DNA of 32,000 nt from Acaryochloris marina MBIC11017 (lineage in GTDB: Bacteria > Cyanobacteriota > Cyanobacteriia > Thermosynechococcales > Thermosynechococcaceae), in the NCBI RefSeq assembly GCF_000018105.1, contig NC_009925.1, positions 810,001 through 842,000 on the forward strand, written 5' to 3'. Of the stretch, positions 7,478-15,040 are shown piece by piece (positions within the stretch are counted from its first letter, which is position 1; every line of letters begins with the position of its first letter). The notes below the pieces were generated by a model that was not told the origin of the DNA, did no database searches, and was given only the letters and a program-made list of their open reading frames with translations. Position numbers and translations under genes: made by a program.

Positions 7478-9475
7478 ATGCAAAAGAAGGTTGTGATCCT
7501 TGGTGGAGGCGTGGCTGGACTGAGTGCCGCCCATGAGCTGATTGAACGAGGGTTTGCCGTAGACGTATACGAAGCCAAGAAAATTCCTGGAGGAAAGGCC
7601 CGCAGTATTCCCGTGCCCAATACCGGAGGCATGGGCCCCAATGGTCCTCGAAAGCCCCTGCCCGGAGAACATGGCTTCCGATTTTTCCCTCGCTTCTACA
7701 AACATATTGTTGATACCATGGCGCGGATTCCTTATGGGAAAAACAAAACCGTTGCCGATAATCTGGTCGATACAACGCGAGTTGAAATGGCCCGCTATGG
7801 CCAACGTCCCATCGTATTTCCATCCCGTTCTCCTCGCACCTTTGCAGATGTCCAGGAAATCCTCAATGAGTTTCCCACCATTTTTGGGCCAGACTTTGGC
7901 GTCTCTCCCGAAGAAATTGCTTTTTTTGGCACCAAAGTCTGGCAAATCGTCACTTCTTGCGAAGAACGGCGCTTAGCGGAATATGAGAAAGAAGACTGGT
8001 GGGAGTTTGTAGGGGCAGACCAGCGTTCCCCGGCCTATCAGAAAATTTTTGGTCATGGCATCACCCGTTCCCTGGTCGCGGCAAAGGCTCATCTGGCGAG
8101 TACCAAAACCATTGGCGATATTTTTGTCCAGCTTCTGTTTGATTTAGTAGAGCCGGGACCGAGTAGCGATCGCGTTCTCAATGCGCCCACCAACGATGCC
8201 TGGATCAACCCTTGGCTGGCCTACTTAATTCGACAAGGGGTGCAATATCATCTGGAGGCCAAGGTCTTAGCCATTGACTGTGTGAATGGACTGATTCAGG
8301 GAGCCACGATTGAGCAAGATGGCCAGACTTTTCAGGCTCAAGGGGACTATTACATCGCCGCAGTCCCGATCGAGCGCATGGCGGAGCTGGTGACCGACAG
8401 CCTCAAAACGGCGGATCCAGAATTAGGGAAGCTCCATCAGCTCAGCGAAGGCGGGGTGTCCTGGATGAATGGCATTCAGCTTTATTTAACGCAGGATGTG
8501 CCCCTGTCCCACGGCCATGCGATTTATGTCGATTCTCCCTGGGCGCTCACCTCTATTTCCCAACGACAGTTTTGGCCAGGGGTTGATTTTAATCAATATG
8601 CCGACGGTCGGATTAAAGGCATCATCTCTGTTGATATTTCCGAGTGGGATGAAAAGGGCCTCAATGGCAAAACTGCCAAGGAATGCACGCGGGAGGAAGT
8701 TAAAAATGAGGTGTGGGCGCAACTCAAAAAGAGCATCAATATCCACGGCCAGGAAATTCTCAAGGATGAATATTTAGACCATTGGTTTTTGGATCCGGCG
8801 ATTTACCTGGTCGAGGGGGAAGGAGATACCAATGAAGAACCGCTGCTGGTCAATTTAATTAATACTTGGGTGAAACGCCCAGACGCGGTGACGGATATTC
8901 CCAATCTATTTCTTGCGTCCGATTATGTTCGCACCTATACGGATCTGGCGACCATGGAAGGGGCCAATGAAGCGGCTCGCCGCGCTGTCAACGGCATTAT
9001 TGAGTCGGCCAACATGGATGCCCCTCCATGCAAGATCTGGAAGCTGCATGAGCAAGAAATTTTTGAACCCTGGCGAGTGATCGATCGCATTCGGTTTCAC
9101 CAGGGCTTACCCTGGGATGACAGTTTGGTGCGATGGGGATTATCGGCTCTCAAGTTAGCCCACCAAGGTGGCCGAATTCTGGAGCAGTTGCTCGGGGTCA
9201 CCATTGATCAGCCCCTGGAAAAATTAGGTAACCCCCTCTATGCGGTCGGCACCCAAGGCTTTGACAATGTTGAACTGCGGCAAGAGCTGATGGAGGTGGT
9301 GCAAAAGTCAGTGCTAGATATTGTGGTGCGGATGGCGGAGTCCCAAACGATGCCTGAAACCATCCCTAGCTTGGCTACACTCCAAACATTATCCGAACAG
9401 CACCACCCCTCTTTTGTTCAGTCCTCTAAACAGCCCCCTCAGCGTTCCGGAAAAGTCCGCATTATTCCTGAGTGA
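7478..9475 (+). CDS. FAD-dependent oxidoreductase (amine oxidase / phytoene desaturase superfamily) with a non-catalytic C-terminal extension of about 155 aa
   Basis: 665-aa ORF, ATG at 7478 preceded by AGGAAA. N-terminal dinucleotide-binding motif VVILGGGVAGLSAAHEL...YEAKKIPGGKARS. C-terminal FAD motif FLASDYVRTYTDLATMEGANEAARRAVNGI ends near residue 510. About 155 further residues follow, up to ...QPPQRSGKVRIIPE. Confidence 0.9.
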   Translation: MQKKVVILGGGVAGLSAAHELIERGFAVDVYEAKKIPGGKARSIPVPNTGGMGPNGPRKPLPGEHGFRFFPRFYKHIVDTMARIPYGKNKTVADNLVDTTRVEMARYGQRPIVFPSRSPRTFADVQEILNEFPTIFGPDFGVSPEEIAFFGTKVWQIVTSCEERRLAEYEKEDWWEFVGADQRSPAYQKIFGHGITRSLVAAKAHLASTKTIGDIFVQLLFDLVEPGPSSDRVLNAPTNDAWINPWLAYLIRQGVQYHLEAKVLAIDCVNGLIQGATIEQDGQTFQAQGDYYIAAVPIERMAELVTDSLKTADPELGKLHQLSEGGVSWMNGIQLYLTQDVPLSHGHAIYVDSPWALTSISQRQFWPGVDFNQYADGRIKGIISVDISEWDEKGLNGKTAKECTREEVKNEVWAQLKKSINIHGQEILKDEYLDHWFLDPAIYLVEGEGDTNEEPLLVNLINTWVKRPDAVTDIPNLFLASDYVRTYTDLATMEGANEAARRAVNGIIESANMDAPPCKIWKLHEQEIFEPWRVIDRIRFHQGLPWDDSLVRWGLSALKLAHQGGRILEQLLGVTIDQPLEKLGNPLYAVGTQGFDNVELRQELMEVVQKSVLDIVVRMAESQTMPETIPSLATLQTLSEQHHPSFVQSSKQPPQRSGKVRIIPE

Positions 9476-9515
9476 TGACGAGTCTCCTCCCCTATCCGCT
9501 AGCTAGAGGTGTCTG

Positions 9516-10568
9516 GTGTCCCTAGCTGCCCTTACCCCTCCGGATCTAGAGACCCTTCAGGTCCATCTCGGTCATTACCGAGAGGTGACGTTGGCCGCGT
9601 TGTTGGCTGTGATTCCCACGGGCGAACCCCAACAGTATCTGTATGAGCCGATCAAAAGACACCTCTCCCATATGGGGAAGGGCTTGCGTCCCGCCTTATG
9701 TATGGCGACCTGTCAGGCCTTTGGGGGGACTGAAGAACAGTCCCTCAAATCAGCCGTTGCCTTAGAAATGATTCACAATGCTTTCCTAGTCCATGATGAC
9801 GTGGAAGATAACAGTGAATGCCGCCATCGCATGCCCACCCTGCAGGCAGAGCAGGGGGTGCCCATCGCGGTTAATATTGGCGATGCCATGAATGCCTTAA
9901 GCCTGAGATTGGTCCGGGAAAATATTCCCATGCTGGGTCATCAACTGACCCAACGGATCTATGAAGAGTTTGAGCATTTAATGTTGAAATCCTTAGAGGG
10001 GCAAGCCTCAGAACTAGGGTGGGTAAGGGACAACCGCTGTGATATCACCGAAGCGGATTACCTACAGATGATTTTGAATAAGACCTGTTGGTATAGCTTT
10101 ATGCATCCCTGCCGGATTGGGGGTCTGATTGCCTCTAAAGACACCCTGGACCTGGACCGCTTTAATAAGTTTGGATACTTTATGGGGGCGGCCTTTCAGA
10201 TTCAAGATGATGTGCTGAATTTGGTGGGGGATTCCCACCAGTATGGCAAAGAAATTGGCGGTGATATTTGGGAAGGTAAGCGAACGTTGATGTTAGTGCA
10301 CCTATTTAAACAAGGCACCCCATCAGAGCGGGATGTGCTCCAAGCCTTTATGGCAAAACCTCGGGGAGAACGGTCTGAAGAGGAGGTGAGCTGGGTGATT
10401 CAACGCATGCAAGATTACGGCAGTATTGACTATGCGATCGCAGTCGCCCATCAGTTTGCCGAAGCAGCCTTAGAAGAATTCTCGGTGGCCTATCAGGATA
10501 CGCCCAACTCTGGGGAAAAAGCGTTTATCCCCAAATTGATTCACTATATGATTAGCCGTAATCTATAG
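9516..10568 (+). CDS. Polyprenyl diphosphate synthase (trans-isoprenyl diphosphate synthase, type III GGPPS-like motifs)
   Basis: 350-aa ORF with a GTG start at 9516 and GAGG 6 nt upstream. First Asp-rich motif LVHDDVEDNSECRHRMPT; second motif FQIQDDVLNL; also GKGLRPAL and GKRTLM motifs. Confidence 0.9.
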   Translation: MSLAALTPPDLETLQVHLGHYREVTLAALLAVIPTGEPQQYLYEPIKRHLSHMGKGLRPALCMATCQAFGGTEEQSLKSAVALEMIHNAFLVHDDVEDNSECRHRMPTLQAEQGVPIAVNIGDAMNALSLRLVRENIPMLGHQLTQRIYEEFEHLMLKSLEGQASELGWVRDNRCDITEADYLQMILNKTCWYSFMHPCRIGGLIASKDTLDLDRFNKFGYFMGAAFQIQDDVLNLVGDSHQYGKEIGGDIWEGKRTLMLVHLFKQGTPSERDVLQAFMAKPRGERSEEEVSWVIQRMQDYGSIDYAIAVAHQFAEAALEEFSVAYQDTPNSGEKAFIPKLIHYMISRNL

Positions 10569-10606
10569 GACCACTGGTTTTGAGTCGCAAGTAGAGGACA
10601 GTCAAG

Positions 10607-11368
10607 ATGAAACACTATCGACGTAAACCCCTCCAGCTCATCGATCAAGGGCTACCCGAATCGGTCACTGGCCTTCTGGAACAGGTTGAAACACTTCCAT
10701 CTACGGTGTCTGAAGCGGGAGGGTTAGCTGCTGAGCCCAAAGCGCTCACAGATCCGGTTGCTCAGGTTATCCAGCCCATGGCCGGTGAAACAATACCCAC
10801 CCCTGAAGCTCTCGTACAGCAAGCAGCCACTATTCTTGATAACGATCTATCAACTCCCCTCGAATCTGCTCAGACCGTAGCCTCTCCCCTAGACCTAGGA
10901 ACGACGACTCCTCCTAGACCCAATAGCTATTCTGTTCCAGGCTTAGTGGACGAAATGCATGGATTTGTCAATGAGTTGGCTAATCTACTCTCCCTCAAAT
11001 CAAATTTGCCGGGTAGCGTATCAGAATCAGCACCATCGAGCGAGGCAGGTGTTCCTCTACTGCAGCCTGCATACCCCAGCCACGCGGGAGAGACAGTTCA
11101 GATCTCATTTAAGGTTCACAATGATCGATCAGAATCCACTCAAACCAAAGTTTTTTGTACGGATTTGCACAGTTGCCAAGGCGATCTAATTGCTCAGGAT
11201 GCAATATCTATTACCCCCAATCCCCTCAGTCTTGCACCCGACGCAACAGAGTCCATTCATATTTCCATTCAACTCCCCCAGAATCTTCCTAAAGGCGAGT
11301 ATTCAGGGATTTTAATGGCAACGGAATTGTCTTACCTAAAAGCGATGATTTCGGTAGTAGTGACTTAA
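10607..11368 (+). CDS. Hypothetical protein: ~150-aa low-complexity (P/S/T/E/A-rich, likely disordered) N-terminal half plus ~100-aa beta-sandwich-like C-terminal domain
   Basis: 253-aa ORF, ATG at 10607 with GAGGA upstream, 38 nt after the prenyl synthase stop. The C-terminal pattern GETVQISFKVHN...ISITPNPLSLAPDATESIHISIQLPQNLPKGEYSGILMA resembles CARDB/NEW3-type Ig-like folds. Confidence 0.7.
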   Translation: MKHYRRKPLQLIDQGLPESVTGLLEQVETLPSTVSEAGGLAAEPKALTDPVAQVIQPMAGETIPTPEALVQQAATILDNDLSTPLESAQTVASPLDLGTTTPPRPNSYSVPGLVDEMHGFVNELANLLSLKSNLPGSVSESAPSSEAGVPLLQPAYPSHAGETVQISFKVHNDRSESTQTKVFCTDLHSCQGDLIAQDAISITPNPLSLAPDATESIHISIQLPQNLPKGEYSGILMATELSYLKAMISVVVT

Positions 11369-11464
11369 CCAATGTCGTCTCTTTAAGGGAAGGTGAGGGT
11401 CAGTGTTAAAGTTCTTCCGATTAGGATTCAGCATATTTTGGTTGTAATCACTGAATTGACCTAC

Positions 11465-11483
11465 ATGGGGACGAATTCCCCAT
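11465..11483. terminator. Short hairpin in the convergent gap between the accessory operon and the 175-aa gene
   Basis: ATGGGGA-cgaat-TCCCCAT, a 7-bp perfect stem with a 5-nt loop, 8 nt from the stop of the minus-strand 175-aa ORF. Only a weak T/A tract follows. Confidence 0.3.
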
Positions 11484-11490
11484 CTATTAA

Positions 11491-12018
11491 TTACAGGTCC
11501 ATATCCAGGATAGTGTGCATCGTCCCGCACTGAAGACATTTTCCTACAAAGACAGCATGGCAAAAATAGTCTTGAATGGGTAAATCAGGCTCATCTTCAA
11601 GAAGTTCGTCACAGGCGTCCCAATAATTTAATTGCAATAAAACATGAAACCAATCATGGTCGCAATCACTGCATAAATAGACCTTTGGCAGCCCTGAACC
11701 GCGAAATTTAGCGGATGCATTCATCTCACCGTGATAGCCATGTATTTGACTATCGAAAACACAAATTTCGGGGCCATTGAACCATTTAAGATAAAGCGGG
11801 CTGATAAAGCTGGAGTCATCTCTGCAATTGGGATTGTAGTCTACCAGTGGATGGCCCAAAACCTGTACCTCTAAAGCGCTATCTAGTGGTGATGTCAATG
11901 TAAATGCCGTAGCGATGGCATCGTTGGGGCTGAATGGGGGAATTGAAATGGCTTTAACCTGCTCAAGACAGCGCGGTAACTCTATTTTGAGAAGAGATTC
12001 AAGGTCAACCATGCTCAA
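11491..12018 (-). CDS. Hypothetical Cys-rich protein (two CxxC pairs, possible zinc ribbon)
   Basis: 175-aa ORF with TTG at 12018 (alternative ATG at 12012), 6 nt downstream of the NIL-ferredoxin stop on the same strand. CSDCDHDW and KCLQCGTMH motifs. Confidence 0.6.
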   Translation of the reverse strand: MSMVDLESLLKIELPRCLEQVKAISIPPFSPNDAIATAFTLTSPLDSALEVQVLGHPLVDYNPNCRDDSSFISPLYLKWFNGPEICVFDSQIHGYHGEMNASAKFRGSGLPKVYLCSDCDHDWFHVLLQLNYWDACDELLEDEPDLPIQDYFCHAVFVGKCLQCGTMHTILDMDL

Positions 12019-12024
12019 TGCCTA

Positions 12025-12474
12025 CTAAAAATTGGTAGAGATTGCTTGAACCGGACAAGTAGGGACACATTGCTCACAGACAATGCAGCGCGATCGGGTA
12101 AAATTCAGCAAAAAAGATTTAGGGTCAAGGGTGAGGGCCTGAGTGGGGCAGATGCCCGTACATAAACCGCAGTGAACGCAGCTATCTTCATCGATCAGAA
12201 TTTCGCGATTCGATGAAGACACATCAATATTTTGGGAAATCATCCAATCGATAGCCGCATCAAGCTGATCAATATCACCCGCCAATTCCACCACCAACTT
12301 ACCAATTTGGTTTGGGGCCACCTGGGCACGAATTATGTTTGCCGCTACATTGAAATCTTTTGCCAATCGATAGGTAACTGGAACCGGAACGGCTCGTCGA
12401 GGGAACGTAAGAGTAACGCGCTTTTTCACGGGCCAGACAACGGTAGGGGCACTTTTAATTGTAAAGCAGGTCAA
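12025..12474 (-). CDS. NIL-domain protein fused to a 2x[4Fe-4S] ferredoxin domain
   Basis: 149-aa ORF. KKRVTLTFPRRAVPVPVTYRLAKDFNVAANIIRAQV is NIL-like. Two cluster motifs are present: CVHCGLCTGICP and CIVCEQCVPTCP. The start is uncertain: TTG at 12474, or GTG at 12429 giving MKKRVTLTFP. Confidence 0.85.
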   Translation of the reverse strand: MTCFTIKSAPTVVWPVKKRVTLTFPRRAVPVPVTYRLAKDFNVAANIIRAQVAPNQIGKLVVELAGDIDQLDAAIDWMISQNIDVSSSNREILIDEDSCVHCGLCTGICPTQALTLDPKSFLLNFTRSRCIVCEQCVPTCPVQAISTNF

Positions 12475-12558
12475 AAGGATATAAATTCCCCCCTCGCCTC
12501 GTAAAAGTTTAGGCTAATCTGTTAGAGATGAGCTGTTCATAGGAAAAGCACGTTAACC

Positions 12559-14049
12559 ATGCCCAACGCCCACCGCAACCGATTTCTAAGTAAAACCCTA
12601 CAGCGGTTAATTGCCTTCGCGGTCATTCCCCTCTTGCTAGTCATCGGTTCGATTCGTCCGGGTACAGCAGCCACAGCTAAACACTATACAGACTTAGAAT
12701 TTCCACCCCTCCCTGAAGTAACCATCCCAGAATATAGTCGGTTCCAACTGGATAACGGTTTGACTGTTTACTTGATGGAAAATCATGAACTGCCTTTGGT
12801 CAACGGCATTGCTCGCATGCGGACGGGGTCACGGCTGGAGCCTGCCGATAAAGTCGGCTTAGCGGATATCGTTGGCACCGTGATGCGGTCGGGCGGTACC
12901 AAAACACATCCCTCTGATCAGCTCAACCAAATGCTAGAGCAACGGGCGGCCTCTGTAGAAACTGGGATTAGTACCGCTTCCGGCAGTGCCTCCTTCGCGG
13001 CCTTGAGTGAAGACTTAGATACCGTCTTTGGCTTATTTGCGGAAGTCATTCGCGAACCGGCGTTCGAAGAGGACAAGCTCGTTTTAGCCAAGACTCAGCG
13101 TCGAGGAAACATTGCCCGTCGGAATGATGACCCCGATGACATTACAGGCCGAGAATTTAAAAAACTGATTTATGGGGGAGACAGCCCCTATGCGCGCACC
13201 CAGGAATATCAAACCCTCGACAATATCACTCAAGCCGATGTTGAATCCTTTTACCAACAAAACTTCCACCCCAACTGCATGATTTTGGGCATTGTGGGAG
13301 ATTTCGATTCTGCCGCTATGACTCAGCGGATCAAACAGGAATTTGGCGATTGGCCCGCAATACCCGAGCGGGATGAAGCACCACCTGCACCGGGAGCAGA
13401 GCAAATCAAAGCTGGGGAGACATTTATCGTTGATCAGCCTCAACTCTCCCAAAGCAATATCCAAATTGGTCATTTGGGAGGGAAGTTTGATAGCCCTGAT
13501 ATTTTCTCCTTACTAGTGATGAATGAAGCCCTCAACAGCTTTGGGGGACGGTTGTTTAACGAAGTACGATCTCGCCAGGGATTAGCCTACTCTGTCTATG
13601 CAGTATGGAGTGCCCGTTACGATTATCCAGGGCTATTTATTTCTGGCGGGCAGACGCGTTCAGAAGCAACCGTGCCATTTATCAATGCGGTGTTGGGTGA
13701 ACTGAAAAAGGTCCGTGAAGCGCCCTTATCGGCGGATGAACTTCAACAGGCCAAGGATTCAATTCTCAACTCTTTTGTCTTTAACTTTCAGGATCCCGGC
13801 CAAACCTTGTCTCGTTTAATGCGATATGAGTACTTTGGTTATCCCGATGATTTTATCTTCCAATATCAGCGGGCAGTCAAAACCATGACGGCTGAAAAAG
13901 TTCAGGCTGCAGCGAAGAAATATCTGCAGCCTGACCAGATTGTCACTTTAGTCGTGGGGAACCGCTCAGCAATTCAACCCCCATTAGAAGACTTAGGAAA
14001 AACGGTGACCCCAGTTGATATCACAATTCCTCAACCCGTGTCTTCCTAA
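12559..14049 (+). CDS. M16 (pitrilysin/insulinase) family peptidase-like protein, apparently the non-catalytic type, with an N-terminal signal/anchor
   Basis: 496-aa ORF, ATG at 12559. Hydrophobic N-terminus LIAFAVIPLLLVIGS. M16 fold signatures are present (YLMENHELPLV, GLAYSVYA). The position of the HxxEH zinc motif reads GLADIVGTVMRSGGT, with no His-x-x-Glu-His. Confidence 0.88.
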   Translation: MPNAHRNRFLSKTLQRLIAFAVIPLLLVIGSIRPGTAATAKHYTDLEFPPLPEVTIPEYSRFQLDNGLTVYLMENHELPLVNGIARMRTGSRLEPADKVGLADIVGTVMRSGGTKTHPSDQLNQMLEQRAASVETGISTASGSASFAALSEDLDTVFGLFAEVIREPAFEEDKLVLAKTQRRGNIARRNDDPDDITGREFKKLIYGGDSPYARTQEYQTLDNITQADVESFYQQNFHPNCMILGIVGDFDSAAMTQRIKQEFGDWPAIPERDEAPPAPGAEQIKAGETFIVDQPQLSQSNIQIGHLGGKFDSPDIFSLLVMNEALNSFGGRLFNEVRSRQGLAYSVYAVWSARYDYPGLFISGGQTRSEATVPFINAVLGELKKVREAPLSADELQQAKDSILNSFVFNFQDPGQTLSRLMRYEYFGYPDDFIFQYQRAVKTMTAEKVQAAAKKYLQPDQIVTLVVGNRSAIQPPLEDLGKTVTPVDITIPQPVSS

Positions 14050-14061
14050 TTTGCTAAGGAT

Positions 14062-14104
14062 TTAGCCTAAACATAAATTTCGAGAGAGATTATGTTTAGG
14101 CTAA
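14062..14104. terminator. Bidirectional hairpin between convergent genes
   Basis: Perfect 15-bp inverted repeat TTAGCCTAAACATAA (14062-14076) / TTATGTTTAGGCTAA (14090-14104) with a 13-nt loop. It sits between the M16 stop (14049) and the minus-strand ORF stop (14108). Confidence 0.7.
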
Positions 14105-14107
14105 CCG

Positions 14108-14449
14108 TTAATTTTCAGCAGCAGATTCTGCTTCGCTATCTTCAGCATCGGATGAGTCCGTTTCGGTTGCATCGGTTGCTTCAGCTACAGCTTCTTTACC
14201 TTCTGGGGCGGTTTCTGCCTCCTCAGGGACCTCTACAGGTTCAGGCTCTGCTACCTTGGCGGATGGCTTGGGGCCTCTCATCAAAGCTAGGGGAACAGCA
14301 GGCTTTTTCCTGTCTCTATCTTTGTTGTTTCGACCTTTTCCTCGTCCACCTTTACGGCCCTTCTGGTTACGGTTTTTGTCATCGCCTGTTTGGCCTTCAG
14401 CCTGGGCACGCTTTTCTAATTCAGACTTTTTAATCGGTCGCTCAGCCAT
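14108..14449 (-). CDS. Hypothetical charge-bipolar low-complexity protein (K/R/G-rich N half, E/A/D-rich C half)
   Basis: 113-aa ORF, ATG at 14449. The mirror ORFs on the plus strand look like artefacts of the low complexity. The position between the terminator hairpin and a divergent gene fits a real transcription unit. Confidence 0.5.
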   Translation of the reverse strand: MAERPIKKSELEKRAQAEGQTGDDKNRNQKGRKGGRGKGRNNKDRDRKKPAVPLALMRGPKPSAKVAEPEPVEVPEEAETAPEGKEAVAEATDATETDSSDAEDSEAESAAEN

Positions 14450-14584
14450 TGTTCAACTAGCTATAGATGTAACTTGCAGATCCTACCTCGAAAGCTGCCG
14501 TTCCTGCTAAAGGATATGTCTAAGCCCCACAAGACAGCCCTATGCTAACGCCCAATCGGCCATGTTAGATTCAAAATAGATTCT

Positions 14585-15040
14585 TTGAGCAACAGCATGG
14601 CGACACCGCAACTTTCAAATCAGACGGCCAGCCAACCGACCGCCACTCAGCAGCCCATCGTGTTTTTTGATGGGGAATGTGTGATGTGTAATGGCTTTGT
14701 TGACCTCTTACTGAAGGTTGATCCTTTGGGAACTATCCTGATTGCTCCTTTACAAGGTCAAACAGCAAGACAGTATTTGCCCCCATTGCCCTTAGATCGG
14801 GAAGCCTGGTCTATTTACTATCAGGATGAGAGAGGACTTTACAATCAGTCCGATGCCTTTATCCAAGTCTGCAAACGTCTGGGTGGAGTTTGGTCTATCT
14901 TTACAGCCATTGGGTTAATTCCGCGACCGATTCGCGATCTCATCTATCGTCTCATTGCTCGCAATCGCTATCGACTGTTTGGACGACGAGACACCTGCCG
15001 AGTGCCCAATAAATCCGAGCAGGCTCGGTTTCTTCCCTAA
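14585..15040 (+). CDS. Thiol-disulfide oxidoreductase DCC family protein (DUF393)
   Basis: The motif FFDGECVMCNGFVDLLLKVD is typical of the DCC family. The ORF opens at TTG 14585, and ATG at 14597 (MATPQL...) is a likely true start. Confidence 0.85.
   Translation: MSNSMATPQLSNQTASQPTATQQPIVFFDGECVMCNGFVDLLLKVDPLGTILIAPLQGQTARQYLPPLPLDREAWSIYYQDERGLYNQSDAFIQVCKRLGGVWSIFTAIGLIPRPIRDLIYRLIARNRYRLFGRRDTCRVPNKSEQARFLP

Noticed and set aside
7336-7976. Several 100-160-aa ORFs (7336-7641, 7457-7945 and 7476-7823 minus; 7641-7976 plus) inside the FAD oxidoreductase gene
   Set aside because: They are alternative or antisense frames of a strongly supported CDS. Their products are low-complexity (R/G/P-rich) with no motifs, which is typical of shadow ORFs in GC-richer coding sequence.
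2073-11368. Apparent lower GC in the cyclase/DUF3237/encapsulin genes versus the oxidoreductase/prenyl synthase genes, which could suggest two separate acquisitions
   Set aside because: Hand counts of individual 60-nt lines ranged from about 35% to about 62% within both halves. I cannot establish a robust step without a computed sliding-window profile.
11336-11563. 75-aa minus-strand ORF spanning the convergent gap
   Set aside because: It overlaps the ends of two better-supported genes and has no motifs or plausible RBS.
14092-14510. Plus-strand ORFs 14092-14433 and 14256-14510
   Set aside because: They are mirror frames of the low-complexity charged gene. 14092 starts inside the terminator hairpin, and the Leu/Gln/Phe-rich products look like antisense artefacts. 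The choice of strand remains only moderately confident.
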